DNA of 64,000 nucleotides from Mobula hypostoma. Its lineage: Eukaryota. The notes under the pieces were generated by a model that saw nothing but the letters and a program-made list of their open reading frames with translations, did not search any database and was not told the DNA's origin. Shown here in pieces: positions 47,203 through 60,910 of this stretch (the stretch's first letter is position 1; each line of letters opens with the position of its first letter). A program made the translations under genes and the position numbers. The stretch lies in contig NC_086097.1 in NCBI RefSeq assembly GCF_963921235.1, positions 219,296,001-219,360,000 of the forward strand. Reading direction: 5' to 3'.

Positions 47203-49609
47203 ATAGGTGCAATAATAACAGGGTTTTCATGATAAGAGACTTTAATTTTCCCAATACTGATTGGCATCTCCCTAGATGGGGTGGAGCTTGAAGGTGTTCT
47301 GAAACAATATGTAGGTAAGCCTACAAGAAGAGAGGCTATACCTGATCTGCTATTGGGAAATGAACCTGGTCAGGTGTCAGGTCTCTCAGTAGGAGAGCAT
47401 TTTGGAGATAGCAATAACAATTCTATCTCCTTTACCATAGCATTGGAGAGGGATAGGAGCAGATCATTCAGGAAAACATTTAATTGGAGTAAGGAAAAAT
47501 ATGAATCTATCAGTTAGGAACTTGGAAGCATAAACTGGGAGCAGATGTTTTCAGGAAAATGTACGGCAGAAATGTGGCAAATGTTCAGGCGTTCTGCATA
47601 GGTACGTTCCAATGAGACAGGGAAAGGATAGTAGGGTACAGGAACCATGGTGTACAAAGGCTGTAGAAAATCTAGTCAAGAAGAAAAGAAAAGCTTACGA
47701 AAGGTTCAAAAAACTACGTAATGATAGAGATCTAGAAGATTATAAGGCTAACAGGAAGGAGCTTGAGAATGAAATTAGGAGAGCCAGAAGGGGCCATGAG
47801 AAGGCCTTGGCAGATAGGACTAAGGGAAACCCCAAGGCATTCTACAAGTATGTGAAGAGCAAGAGGATAAGAAGTGAGAGAACAGGACTAATCAAGTGTG
47901 ACAGTGGAAAAGTGTGTATGGAACCAGAGGAGACAGCAGAGATACTTACTGAATACTATGCTTCCGTATTCACTACGGAAAGGGATCTTGGCAATTGTCG
48001 GGATGATTTACAGTGGATTGAAAAGCTTGAGCATATAGACATTAAGAAAGAGGATGTGCTGGAGCTTTTGGAAAGCATCAAGTTGAATAAGTCACTGGGA
48101 CTGGGCAAGACATACCCCAGGCTACTGTGGGGGGCGAGGGAGGAAATTGCTGAACCTCTGGCAATGATCTTTGCATCATCAATGGGGACGGGAGATGTTC
48201 TGGAGGATTGGAGGGTTGCAGATATTGTTCCCTTTTTCAAGAAAGGGAGGAGAGATAGCCCAGGAAATTATAGACCAGTAAGTCTTACTTCAGTGGTTGG
48301 TAAGTTGATGGAGAATGTCCTGAGAGGCAAGATTTATGAACATTTACAAACATTTGGAGAGGCATAATATGATTAAGAATAGTCAGCATGGCTTTGTCAA
48401 ACACAGGTCATGCCTTACAATCCTGAATGAATTTTTTGAGGATGTAACTAAACATGTTGATGAAGGTAGAGCCGTAGATGTAGTGTATATGGATTTCAGC
48501 AAGATATTTGATAAGGTATCCCATGCAAGGCTTATTGAGAAAGTAAGGAGGCATGGGATCCAAGGAAAGAGTGGTTGCAGATGGGTCATATTCTGCATGG
48601 AGATCGGTGACCAGTGGTATGCCTCAGGGTTCTGTTCTGGGACCCCTTCTCTTCATGATTTTTATAGATGACCTGGATGAGGAAGTGAAGGGATGGGTTA
48701 GTAAATTTGCTGATGACACAAAGGTTGGGCATCTTGTGGATAGCGCGGAGGGCTGTCAGAGATTACATCGGGACATTGATAGGATGCAAAACTCGGCTGA
48801 GAAGTGATAGATGGAGTTCAACCCAGATAAGTGTGAGGTGGTTCATTTTGGTAGGTCAAATATGATGGCAGAATATAGTATTAATGGTAAGACTCTTGGC
48901 AGTGTGGAGGATCAGAGGGATCTTGGGGTCCGAGTCCATAAGACACTCAAAGCTGCTGCACAGGTTGACTCTGTGGTTAAGAAGGCATATGGTGCATTGG
49001 CCTTCAGCAGTCGTGGGATTGAGTTTAGGATCTGAGAGGTAATGTTACAGCTATACAGGACCCTGGTCAGACTCCACTTGGAGTACTATGATCATTTCTG
49101 GTCACCTCACTACAGGAAGGATGTAGAAACTATAGAAAGGGTGCAGAGAAGATTTACAAGGACGTTGCCTGGATTGGGGAGCATGCTGAATGAGAATAGG
49201 TTGAGTGAACTTGGTCTTTTTCTCCTTGGAGTGACGGAGGATGAGAGGTGACTTGGTCGGGGTGTATAAGATGATGAGTGGCATTGATCGTGTGGATAGT
49301 CAGAGGCTTTTTCCCAGGGCTGAATTGGCTATCACGAGAGGGAACAGTTTTAAGATGCTTGGAAGTAGGTACAGGAGATGTCAGGGTAAGTTGTTTACGC
49401 AGAGAGTGGTGAGTGTGTGGAATGGGCTGCCAGTGACAGTGGTGGAGGCGGATATGATAGGGTCTTTTAAGAGACTCTTAGATAGGTACATGGAGCTTAG
49501 AAAAGTAGAGGGCTATGGGGAACCCTAGGTAATTTCTAAAGTAAGTACATGTTCGGCACAGCATTGTGGTCCAAAGGGCCTGTATGGTGCTGTAGGTTTT
49601 CTATGTTTC
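47203..49609 (+). mobile_element. CR1 LINE ORF2 and 3' UTR, degraded; same subfamily as 1-2516
   Basis: NYRPVSLTSVVGKL, GMPQGSVLGP, SKFADDTK, LYRTLVRLHLEY; ctatgtttcta tail. Confidence 0.93.
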
Positions 49610-52600
49610 TAGGTTTCAACTTTATTTCTTGGAACATAGAAAATTGAGAGGGGATTTGACAGCAGTAGACAAAATTATGAGGGGCTTTGATAAGGTAAAT
49701 ACAAGCAGGCTTTTGCAATTGAGTTTGGGTGGAACTACAACTGGAGGTCACAGATTAAGGGTAAAAGTTGAAAAGTTTGATGGGAATGTAAGGGGAAACT
49801 TCTTCACTCAGACGGTCGTGAGAGCTGGCAGCACAAGTGGTGCATGCAAGTTCAATTTCTACATTTAAGAGAATTTTGGGTGGGCACATGGATGGTAGCG
49901 GCAAGGAGGGCTATGGCCCTGGTGCAGGTCATTGGGAGTCGGCAGATTAAATGGTTCGGCACAAACTAAATGAGCTGAAGGGCCTGTTTCTGTGCTGTAT
50001 TTTTCTTAGATTCTATGACCCACAATAAAAATGCTTTGGGTTGCTTTCGAGAATAGAAGCTGATGTTCATTCTTTCTTTACATTGAACATAGTACAGTAC
50101 AGCACAGAATGGGCTCTTTGGCTCAGGGTGTTGCACCAAATTATTCTCAATGCTATTTATTAACCAAGATTCTCCGTCAGGGATGAGCTTTGGAAGTTCC
50201 TTTAATTAGATGAGGTGTCACGTCAACTTTTGATCCGGCTCTTCTTTGACCAATACTGCAGAGTTCACAGAAATGAATCAGACATCAGGGATGATTTCAT
50301 CCTTTCCACCTTTATCCTGAAGCCCTGAGACCTGCAGTAGTATCCTGCCATTCTATTTGTATCTACTAATTTGATAAACCCAGAATCACCTGATCTCCAC
50401 ATCTAAGCACAAGGTCATGTGGTTTATTCATCTCCTTGTCATTGTTGTTGCCCCTTTGAGATACAGTTTTCCAGTGAAATACAGGAGCAACGTATATCTG
50501 GAAGTGTTAGCATTGTAGCTTCTCTTCCTGTGGCAAAAGTGCTAGTAGTTAACATATGGCTCTCCTGTTCAATTTTCTACACAGATCATTCCATAAACTT
50601 TGAAGAAGAACATTTGCGGCAAATGTTGTCATAATTTAACCTGCCAACTGGCTATACATTTAATTATATATAAACTTTCTGTTTTCATAATCATTGACAC
50701 AAGTGTTTGGATTCAAGCACTCCCTCTCCTAGGCGCCATTCTAAGCTTTCAGAACTTTTTTCCAATCCCCTGACAGATGTGTAATTATTAGACAAACAAC
50801 TTTGGTTGCAATCTAAACAAAATGAACCACCATGGCAAACACGCATATTTCAACCCAATTCAACTCTGTTAGTTAAATCTATGAATGCAACCTGCACACT
50901 AATCTATTGACAATACGGCTCTATTTGAAGTACTTAATTTTTTTCAGTCAAAATTTTCTTAGACCACCAATGGAATATATTCACTGTTGAGTGGAAAAGT
51001 AAATTAGGGCATGTATGTTCTACTTTGAACATAATGTAAAAAGTTAAGCAGTGTTATGCAGCGGAATGAAGGCTAATGAGCAACAACTCATTATACATTA
51101 TGCCAGTATCCAAAGACCAGTCTGCTTCTATATCTCTGTTTCAAGGAAATTCTCACTGGAAACTCTCAATTTGCTACCTGTGTCTTCTCAGTCAGGATTG
51201 CAGGTCCCTCATTGCCTTTTCGATCAGTAGCCGGTTCTATGTTCTTACCTACCTCGTACTCCACACAATCCACCATCTCCATCACCTTGGCAATCACTCA
51301 TGTCCATGCCCATTTTTACTGCTCACCCTGAGGACTGAATGCTGCGGAAGATCCGGTTCTAAAAGTCAAATCATAGTTCATGGACTATAACATTAAGGCC
51401 CATGTCTGCTGTATGCTCTGCCCTTTTATATAAAATGGCTGAACTTAGGAGACCATAGTGAAAAAACTCTGCTGATAAGAGAGTAAGAATAGGTCAGTTC
51501 ACTGTCCTATTTTCTCAATTAACAATAATAAGCCAGAAATAAGATCTAGCTTCTTCATTGCAGAAATATTTGGGTACCAGAGGCAAATAAATAAGACATG
51601 GAACGTACTGTTGACATGTATTTATGAGACGCTGTGTAAAATCTCATGCTGCTCAGGGTGGCCTTGGAGCTGGAGCTGTAGCCGCTGAGCATTGCTGCTA
51701 ACCACAATGTCTGAACTTGGACTCCAGCCTAAGTTCACATTTGTGCTGAATGGGAAGGTTTTGCCTGGTCTTTTGGGTAAAACTCGGGGTTTCTGTCAAT
51801 TGCCACATCTCCCAAGAGAGGAAGACACACGGGCATTATTTATCCCACAGGAGCATAAATCACACTGTTTGACCATTAAGCACCATTAACAAGTTTAACA
51901 GAGCTCAGAACCCAGCACTGCTACTTAACAGAGTTAATGAAGAAATAATTTGTTTGATTTAAAATATATTATTACTAAATATGTACAACAAAGTAATTTC
52001 AAAACACTGTTGAATTCTCAAAATAATTAGTTTCTAGAACATTAGTCTACAACTCCATCACTTTGGATTGTGCAAGCTTATTTGCATAAAGGCAAGTCTT
52101 CACTTAGTATTTTTTAAATTAACATATTGTAGTTTGTAAGCTATAAATGGCAGTTATGTTCTTAAAATGAGGCACTTAAACAATCACCTCCTGATGCTGG
52201 ATTGCAACCAGTTCCAAAGCAAACAGGCTTGAATCAACTCAGCATAAATAGTCTGATTTAAATCCCTGTTGGTTTCCTGTTCTTCCCGGCATGCCGGTGC
52301 TTATGGGTAACTCGATAGTGTCCAGCATAACTCCAAATAGAGGGCAGAGAGAAGTGTAAACTTTGGAGAGATAGAATTCAGCCTAGCTAAACAGAGCACT
52401 GTGTTCCTGGGGTAACAGTCACCAAACAGAAATGCATTAGTGGCAAGATCTGTTTAGTTTTGAGAGGGCAGAAAGGACTGTTGACACTGGCTGTCAATTA
52501 CTTTGCAGCACTGAGAGAAATCCTAATCTCTTTATTCAACTGGAGATGAGGGTAAGTTTCATCTTCCAGATCACATATTATGTCTGAAGTCAGTTGCTAG

Positions 52601-53502
52601 GCTTTCTTTGAGATTATTTTCCATGTGCCTCCCATCATTTGAATGCTTGAATTCTGAGAGCTGGATTGTTTTTAGCAGACATGCACAACCATTCTTTCCC
52701 TCTGTTTGAAGAGTCCTGGCAACCATGGTGGAAGTAGGTTGGTTATGAAGTGGATTAAATCGGCGACACTGCAAAACTGTGATTGTCAGTAGTAATATCT
52801 AAGCTGTGACAATTATAACTTGATATATGTTAGCTGGCTGAAGTTCATAAAAGTCTGGAAAACACAACAACTGATTGGTCAATTTAGCTCTCCATATTTC
52901 TTAAAGTAACTGAAAATTATCATTAATTAAGAGTATCCATTTGAACCCCCTTATTCACAGTACTACGATTAACATCTGACAATATACACAAGATACGCTT
53001 TGATGCAACCATACAGCTGCAATGTTGCCATGATGTATTCGTCCTCGGTGAAATGGAACTACCTTTGATAAAGTTTTCCGTTTGCCTTCTGTACCTTGTC
53101 GTAAAACTTTGACACTTGTGCACAGGTTTAAGTGAATCACAGAAAACCTCTGGCATGGTCTTTTTTGAAATATGGTGAAGAAAGTAAGTTTGTCAATCTT
53201 GATATTTCTATATATTTATTAAGGATTAAAAAGTTACGATCAGGTTTAGTGAATCATAAGACCTAAGGGATTGGTGTATGCCCTGTATAGAGGGCAATGT
53301 TCATTCGGCCTCCAAAGTGGCAAAAGCAAAGAGTTCATGTAAATGGATGAGAAGAAATCAAAATCGTGATTTAACTCTAAATTACCTATATGTGCTTAAT
53401 GCAGATTAAGCCGACTTTTGCTTTCAATATACTGTACAATAAAGACTTGCCCCATCTCAAGATTTGCATATCAATGTGATCTTTATCGTTACTACAAAGT
53501 GT

Positions 53503-53915
53503 TCATAGAACATAGAGCAGTACAGCACAGTACAATCCCTTTGGCCAATGATGTTGTTCCAGCATTTTAACTTACTCTGAATTCGATCTAACCCTTTCTT
53601 CCCACATAGCGATCCATCCATGTGCCTATATAAGAGTTTTATAAATATCTCTAATCTATCTGCCCCTACCAACAACCCTGTAAGGGTGTTATACATACCC
53701 ACCATTCTCTATGGAAAAAAAACTTACCTCTGACATTCTCCCTATACTTTCCTCCAATTACCTTAACATTATGGGCCCTCGTACCTCCTTCGTCCAGGAA
53801 AGAAGTCTCTGGCTCTCCATTCAATCTATACCTCTTATCGTCTTGTACGCCTCTATCGAGTCACCTCTTATTCCCCTTTGCTCCAAAAAGCCCTAGCTCA
53901 CTCGCGCTAACCTCA
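53503..53915 (-). mobile_element. CR1 3' fragment, old
   Basis: catagaacatagagcagtacagcacagtac reversed tail. Confidence 0.75.
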
Positions 53916-54359
53916 TAACCTCATAATACAATTTAGAGTGTTCATGTCCTGTTCTAAATCTCTCCCATTTAGCACCATCGTAATGCTACGCAACACAAAA
54001 GAGCATGTCCTCAGTATGAAATCGGGGCTTTGTTCCATTCTGTGAACATTCTACCAGTGCTGTCAATGACAGATGTGTCTGCCATAGATAAATTGGCACG
54101 TGTGAGGTCAAGCAATTGTTCATCATTACCAGCCACTCACCCAGACTGGCAAATCCATCAATGAGCACTTAGTCAGCATTAAGGCTATCGAATTAGCATT
54201 GATGTCCAGCATGCAGTACATCATGAAGAACTGGATTTAAATCTCTGGCCTTACTTATATCCTGAACTGAGGGTCAAGCTGTTTATGTGGCTGCATATAA
54301 CGTGCTGGAGGAACTCAATGCAGCAACTGAGGGAGGATAGAAATTTCTGATGCATGATT

Positions 54360-54975
54360 CCAGGTAGACTCTCTATCTTCCTCCGGTACTCTGACATTAT
54401 TGGAGATACAGCCCACTGTGGTGGTATCATCTGCAAACTTGCAGTTCAAGCAGAATCTGACCACACAATCGGGAGTGTATAGGGAGTATAGTAAAGGTCT
54501 GAAGATGCAGCCTGGTGGGGCAACAGTGTTGAGAATAATAGTGGCAAAGGCGTTGGCCAGATCCAATTGGAAAAGGAAGTGTTGAGTCACAGATCTAGGA
54601 GTTTAGAGACTGTAGGACTAAATACAGAGCTGTAAGCAATATTCAAACCTAAGTGTCTCCAGATGAAATGCTCTAGACAGGAACGTTCTGCCAGTGAGAT
54701 GGCATCCTCCATAAACCTGTTCCAGTGGTAGGCTAATTGCAGTAGGTTGAGGCTGTCTGAGAGGTTGGAGTTAAGGTGTGACATGACCAGTCTCTCAAAG
54801 TATTTAATGATGACGGATGCCAGAGCTACCAGTCGGTGATTATAGTGATCTTCTTAAAGCAGGTGAGCCCTCAGATAGAAGCAGAGTGAGGTTAGAAATG
54901 TCTGCAAGTATCCCCACCATCTGTTCTACAAAGGATCTAAGGCAACAGCCTTGGACGTCGTCCAGGCCTGATGCT
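54360..54975 (-). mobile_element. Rex1/Babar RT fragment
   Basis: APPGCIFRPLLYSLYT..KFADDTT on minus strand. Confidence 0.8.
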
Positions 54976-55084
54976 TAAATTAATGGTTTTATCATGAGGT
55001 CCTTTCAGGCAGCTAGTGTAAAGTAATTTATCAGGTTAGTCACAATATATTCCACATAAGGAAAGTAACTGGATTTAAAATTTG

Positions 55085-55235
55085 CTTCCAGTAGCCTGCT
55101 ATTTTGATTTACCAACCGATTCCCATTCTGGCCTTTCTGTCTGTTGCCTCCTACAAGACCCAACATGAGCTGAAGGAACAGCACCTCACCTTCCGTCAGA
55201 AAATTTTGCAGTTTGATGACTTTAGGTAACTCTCT
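55085..55235 (+). mobile_element. Ancient Penelope GIY-YIG C-terminal remnant; its 3' region probably resumes at ~56050-56220 after the Rex1 insertion
   Basis: Degenerate ..SHSGLSVCCLL..ELKEQHLTFR.. followed by tttaggtaa, matching the vertebrate Penelope ORF end. Confidence 0.55.
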
Positions 55236-55335
55236 CTTTCATTCTCCTTGACAAGAAGTGGCCGTTTTTGCCAGTTATTATTTTGGCTCATTCACTCCGT
55301 TGTTTTGTTGTACAGTCTGGCCTAGTGGATATTCA

Positions 55336-55960
55336 AGATTGAAGATTGTTTATTGTCATTTCCAGTACACAAGTGTAAAGGAGAAAAAAGTAATTTTTAC
55401 TCTGACTTTGATACAGCACAAAAAAAACCCAAAATAAGATAAAGAACATAGTGAAAACAATAAATGTAGATATATAAATTGATTGTATTCCCACAAAATG
55501 GCACTCAGCTGTATGTAAGGTGACTGACTGGAAATAATAAAGTAGTGGTAGAGTTAGTGGAGGTGTTGATCAGCCTTACTGCTTGTGAAAAGTAACTGGT
55601 TTTGAGTCTGGTGTTCCTAGCATGGATGCTACATGATCTCCTCCCTGATGGGAGTGGAACAAGCAGTCCATGACCAGGGTGAATGGGACCCTTCATGATG
55701 TTACTGGCCCTTCTCTGCCACCTTTCTGTATATATGAACCTGATGGTGAGTAGGTTGGTGGCAGTGATTCGCTGGGCAGTTTTGACTACACGTTGTAGAG
55801 GATTCCTGCCTGCCGTGATATCGTATCCGTACAAAGCAGTGATGCAGCTTGGTAAGGTGCTCCCTACTGTGCATCTGTAAAATGACTTGAGTATAGATGT
55901 GCAAAGTCCTGCTTTCTTCAGCCTCCCAAGAAAGTAGAGGTGTTTCACAGCCCCATGTCT
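55336..55960 (-). mobile_element. Rex1/Babar 3' end
   Basis: HLYFLGRLKKAGL..FYRCTV..HPGHGLLVPLPSGRR..SYFSQAVRLIN; reversed tail aagattgaagattgtttattgtc. Confidence 0.85.
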
Positions 55961-56451
55961 CACATTAACACAGACAAAAGGCATAATCTCTTATTAATTG
56001 TTCAGTATCTGCTGCAAAGGTCAACCAGTGTCACTCTATGAGAGAAGTTTGCTTTGTTCCACCCGTACTTCTCCACTCTCCCACGTTCTCTGTTACGTAA
56101 ATTAATTTCTTTCTCTCTTTCCCATTTCTGATGGAGGATCATAGAGCTCAAATATTAGCTGCTTCTCTTTCTACCAGTGCTGCTCGAGTGTTGCCAGTAG
56201 TTTCTGTTTGCTACTTTTTATCTTTGCTTTTTACAAGATACTTAAGGGTATTTTGAAGTCCAAAATCACAATAGGTCGCTTATTTGTGGAAGAAAAAGAC
56301 ATTTCATCCAGCTGGGCCCAGCTACCAGGCAGCTGCTTGGTAGAGCCACCTAGCTTCACATAGCTTCGCAGGTCGTACTACAGGTAGCATTGGGAAATCT
56401 TCCAGAAATCAATAAAAAGGCTGGCTGAAATGACAGTTATTAGCCAAGACA

Positions 56452-56745
56452 CTGGTGCCACAGTTAACATTGCTGCTTCATAGCTCTAGATGCATGGGTT
56501 TGATCCTGACCTCAAGTGCTATCTAAATGAAATTTGTATGGTCTCCCTGAGATTCTGCAGATATCCCCCATGGTTTCCTCCTGAATCCCAAAGACAAGTA
56601 GGTGGAAGGACAGTAGATTACTGTGTATTGTCCTCTTGTGACTTGGTGGCCAGAGAATCTGGGGAAGTTGATGCAGATGTGAGAGAAAATAGAAAAGAGT
56701 TAGAGTTGATGGGCACTTTATGCTCAGCACGAATATAGTGGGCTC
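56452..56745 (+). mobile_element. tRNA-derived SINE (V-SINE/HE1-like), old
   Basis: B-box-like gggtttgatcc; core aaatttgtatggtctccctg...ggtttcctcc...atcccaaagac. Confidence 0.65.
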
Positions 56746-58334
56746 TGATTCTTCAGAGTATGGTCCCTTTAAAGATTCTGGGCCACTCCACTAATTGGCA
56801 GCCATGTTTTGGTGACAAGATTTGGATACTTAAAGAGCACTTGAACGCAGGTTTGGTGTTCAATCTTTACCTCAACTTTGCTTCAGTCTGTCAGTGGATT
56901 TAGGATTTCTGTCTCACTTGGATTATCGTTTTGTCTTGTCCTGTTCTTGTCTCAGTCTCAAAATTGTGCCTCAGTTCTAGTCTGAGATACTCCAGCACTT
57001 GGGTCATTACCATCCATGCCTAGGCCTCTTGTCACAGAAGTAACCAGAAAGCTCTTGGGCAACTCTTCTTAGACTTGTGGGACAAGCACCACAGTGATGG
57101 AGATGATACCACAAATGAAGAGTTTCAATTGAGAGAATATTAAGGGGTTAAGCACGTGACTTCACTACCTCAAGAAATCCAAAGGTTCTCAGCAAAATTA
57201 TCCTTTGCATGTAACCTATCAAGTATAATTTCCTCTTCATGCTTTCCAGACTAAGAAGGATTAATTTGCGAATTTCTATGGGAAGTGGCCCCCATTTACT
57301 TTTGAATATAAAATGAAGCATCATGAAGACTATGGATCAATGGACTCCTTGGACATTGCTCTCGGGAACATCAGAGCTCAGTGTTCAATGAAAAAGTCTC
57401 ACTTCTGTAATAGTTGATAGTGCTCTGGCACCCACAATAAACAAGCTTCCATGGTTTTCCATAAGAGATGGCTGCGGACTATAGACACTGTTGAATCTAG
57501 TTTGATAAATTTGCTTATCAGTTCAGGGAAAAATTAAATAGCAGCAATAACATTGTGAGCATTCTGAGCTGTGGAATTAAGACAACATGGCTAAGCCTCC
57601 TTCCTTAGTACAATAATCTTTATTTCATTCTACAGCACTGATAATGTACCTAAATTAAAGTTTTATCCTTTTCACTGAAGACACAAAAGGGAGCCTTGGT
57701 GACTGACATCTTAAATTCTGCAGCAAGCAATTATCTAATCACAGTTGTCTGAGTATCTGAAGAAGAATTCACTGCAGACAGAATTAATGTTTGTTGTAAT
57801 TAAAGTTGTAGAATAGGTGCATATTGAAGCGTATCGAGTTTCAGAAATGTTTTTAAATAGATCTGCACCTTGAAATATTGAATGCATTCTACTTGTAAGG
57901 TATTCAATGCTTTAAGCATATTTTAACTGTAGGGTATATTTAAAAAATTGATTTAGTGACAGATCGCATGTTAATCGTTACCTATTCCTGTGAATGATCG
58001 TTGGGGGTGTCAGATCTAGCCTCTAAATTTCTACTAGTAACAACAATACCATATTGATCAGTTAATAGTTGAATATTTAAGAATCGCTAAGAAACGCCGA
58101 TTGAAGCTGTTCATCATCATCAAGCTCCCCTATTCCCACCACTTCCCCAATGAAATAAACCTGCTGTCTGTCATTTTGTTTTGTCATTCTGTCTCCAAGT
58201 GACGGTTAGGAGAGAGACCAATGCACGAACATATGCTCAGCTGAGTTGACCATCTTACGTATTTTATTTTAACATAACTTCATTTACAATTATTATATTT
58301 TGTTTATCTAAAAACATTACATCCATGGGAATGT

Positions 58335-58995
58335 TTTAAATTCCTGGATCGTAACATATTGAATGACCTGTCCTGGGCCCAGTACATAGATGCAATCACA
58401 AGGAGAAATGTCAGCATCTTTACATAGAAGGTTAAGGAAATCTGACATTTTACCAAATTCTCTTACAAACTGTAGGAAGTATCCTGACTGGTTGCATCAA
58501 GGTCTGATACAGTAATATGAAAGCAGAGGAATTTAAGAATCTGTAAAGTGTAGCAAATTCAACGCAATACATTAGTGGCACATCCCTCCTTAATATTATC
58601 TACATGAGGTGCTGCCTCAAAAAGGCAACACCTTTGGCAAAAGGTCCCCACTATCTGGGTCATGCCATCTTCCTGTTACTATCATTGAGCTGGAGATACA
58701 GAAGCCTGAGATCACACCCCACCAGGTTCAAGAACAGCTCATTGGATCTTGAACCAACCTTTTCAACCCAACCTCTATATAGCAACACTATAACTACTTT
58801 GACCAGTTTACACTTCAGTAGGCCTACATTCTAATTGTGTTCTTCCTTGTAAAATTTTGTATCATTTGTGTCTACTTTGTTTTCCTCATGAATGCTGTGT
58901 CTCTAATGTTGTTGCTTGTGAGGTCACTATAAGTTGATTGCACCTGTGCGTACATGTACTTGTGCATGTTTCAGTAAGCTAGGTTTTGACTTTGA
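58335..58995 (+). mobile_element. Rex1/Babar 3' end, old
   Basis: RCCLKKA..KGPHYLGHAIF..RYRSLRSHPTRFKNS; ttttgactttga tail. Confidence 0.75.
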
Positions 58996-59110
58996 ATGTG
59001 TTAAAAAGTATTTCAATTAGTGTTTGCATGACTGCATCACAATTCTTGCTATGGCATTTAACTCATCCTTCAACACATTTACTTTAAATGGATTAATGAT
59101 TACAGGGTGA

Positions 59111-59980
59111 ATTGGATAGGTTAGGTGAGTGGGCAAATTCATGGCAGATGCAATTTAATGTGGATAAATGTGAAGTTATCCACTTTGGTGGCAAAAACAG
59201 GAAAACAGATTATTATCTGAATGGTGGCTGATTAGGAAAAGGGGAGGTGCAACGAGACCTGGGTGTCATTATACACCAGTCATTGAAAGTGGGCATGCAG
59301 GTACAGCAGGCGGTGAAAAAGGCGAATGGTATGCTGGCATTTATAGCGAGAGGATTCGAGTACAGGAGCAGGGAGGTACTACTGCAGTTGTACAAGGCCT
59401 TGGTGAGACCACACCTGGAGTATTGTGTGCAGTTTTGGTCCCCTAATCTGAGGAAAGACATCCTTGCCATAGAGGGAGTACAAAGAAGGTTCACCAGATT
59501 GATTCCTGGGATGGCAGGACTTTCATATGATGAAAGACTGGATGAACTAGGCTTATACTCGTTGGAATTTAGAAGATTGAGGGGGGATCTGATTGAAATG
59601 TATAAAATCCTAAAGGAATTGGACAGGCTAGATGCAGGAAGATTGTTCCCGATGTTGGGGAAGTCCAGAACGAGGGTTCACAGTTTGAGGATAAAGGGGA
59701 AGCCTTTCAGGACCGAGATTAGGAAAAACTTCTTCACACAGAGAGTGGTGAATCTGTGGAATTCTCTGCCACAGGAAACTGTTGAGGCCAGTTCATTGGC
59801 TATATTTAAGAGGGAGTTAGATATGGCCCTTGTGGCTAAAGGGATCAGGGGGTATGGAGGGAAGGCTGGCACAGGGTTCTGAGTTGGATGATCAGCCATG
59901 ATCATACTAAATGGCTGTGCAGGCTTGAAGGGCCGAATGGCCTACTCCTGCACCTATTTTCTATGTTTCTATTTTCTATG
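59111..59980 (+). mobile_element. Young 5'-truncated CR1, same subfamily as 30197-31838
   Basis: Open 211-aa frame 59247-59882 nearly identical to the C-terminus of the 529-aa ORF; (ttctatgt)n tail. Confidence 0.95.
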
Positions 59981-60047
59981 TGTCTATTAAAGTGGTGCAT
60001 AGAACAATTTCTAAAATGCAAGAAATAAATGCAGCCATAACTAATTG

Positions 60048-60178
60048 CAGTCTGAAGAAGGCTCTTGTCCCAAAATGTCGACTATTTATGAATTTCCATT
60101 GATGCTGCCTGACCTGCTGAGTTTCTTCAGCATTTTGTGTGTGTTGCTTTGGATTTCCAGCATCTGCAGAATTTCTTA
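60048..60178 (+). mobile_element. Penelope pseudo-LTR fragment starting at a decayed hammerhead
   Basis: cagt-CTGAAGA-aggctcttgtccc-AAAA-tgtc-gact followed by gatgctgcctgacctgctgag...gatttccagcatctgcag. Confidence 0.78.
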
Positions 60179-60520
60179 TAGATGTAACCCATGGTCTTGA
60201 AGATCTATAATGAATATAACATAGACCTGCAGAAATACAAGGTTACCCAAAACTCTGCTACCTGTATCCAAAGTTTCATTGTGTCCTATATATAGCTCCA
60301 GTCACTCTGCATGTGTTGGCATGCATGGTGTCTAAGTTAAGCAATGTCTTCATTTGAAAGTTCTCACCTTACTTTTCAAATCCTGCTGTGGTTTTGTACC
60401 TCCCTATCCCTGCAGTTTCTCTCAGCCCCTATAAAAATCATCTGCAAATATCATCTATAAATCATCAATAAATATCTGTTTTTCATCCAATTCTTAGCAC
60501 TGATCATTCCTCAGATTAAA

Positions 60521-60910
60521 CTTCTTCTTCTTCTTCCTTTCCTTTTCATAGTGATGGAGGGTGATGTGCTTCCACTCTGGGTCCAGGAATTCAAAGGTGA
60601 TTGACGAGATCAATATAGGAACTACAGTCTCTGTCACAGACGGCACAGGAGTTGACAAATGGAGTAGAGAGATGACTTTGTTATTTTGTGATTGTGTGTA
60701 CTCCATCTGCTTCTGCATGCTATTGATACATGGACTGCAAGGGTTTTACAGCTACCCTGAATGTTCCTTCTCTGGATTGAGTCATTGTGAGCCAAGTATT
60801 CCCAGGAATCAATGGGAATGTTGACTTTTCTCATGGAAGCTTTGCTTTCATCTTTGGAGAGTTTGACAATGGACAACGCTGCCTTTACTTGTCTCTGGAA
60901 TTCATTTTCT
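60521..60910 (-). mobile_element. RTE (BovB-like) 3' remnant with (GAA)n tail
   Basis: KDESKASMRKVNIPIDSWEYLAHND..RRNIQG, matching the RTE ORF C-terminus; cttcttcttc at 60521. Confidence 0.7.

Larger units (their letters stand above)
46515..50017 (+). mobile_element. Older CR1 3' portion split by a Penelope fold-back (46895-47070) and a younger CR1 (47203-49609)
   Basis: LQQDLDQLEEWAEEWQMEINADKC; resumes at ~49615 with RKLRGDL...GNFFTQ; ttctatgac tail. Confidence 0.8.

Noticed and set aside
52968..53055. Minus-strand peptide FTEDEYIMATLQLY, reminiscent of TMBIM/LFG C-termini
   Set aside because: Preceded by an in-frame stop with a weak acceptor, and the following residues lack the conserved D-I-I motif; likely chance.
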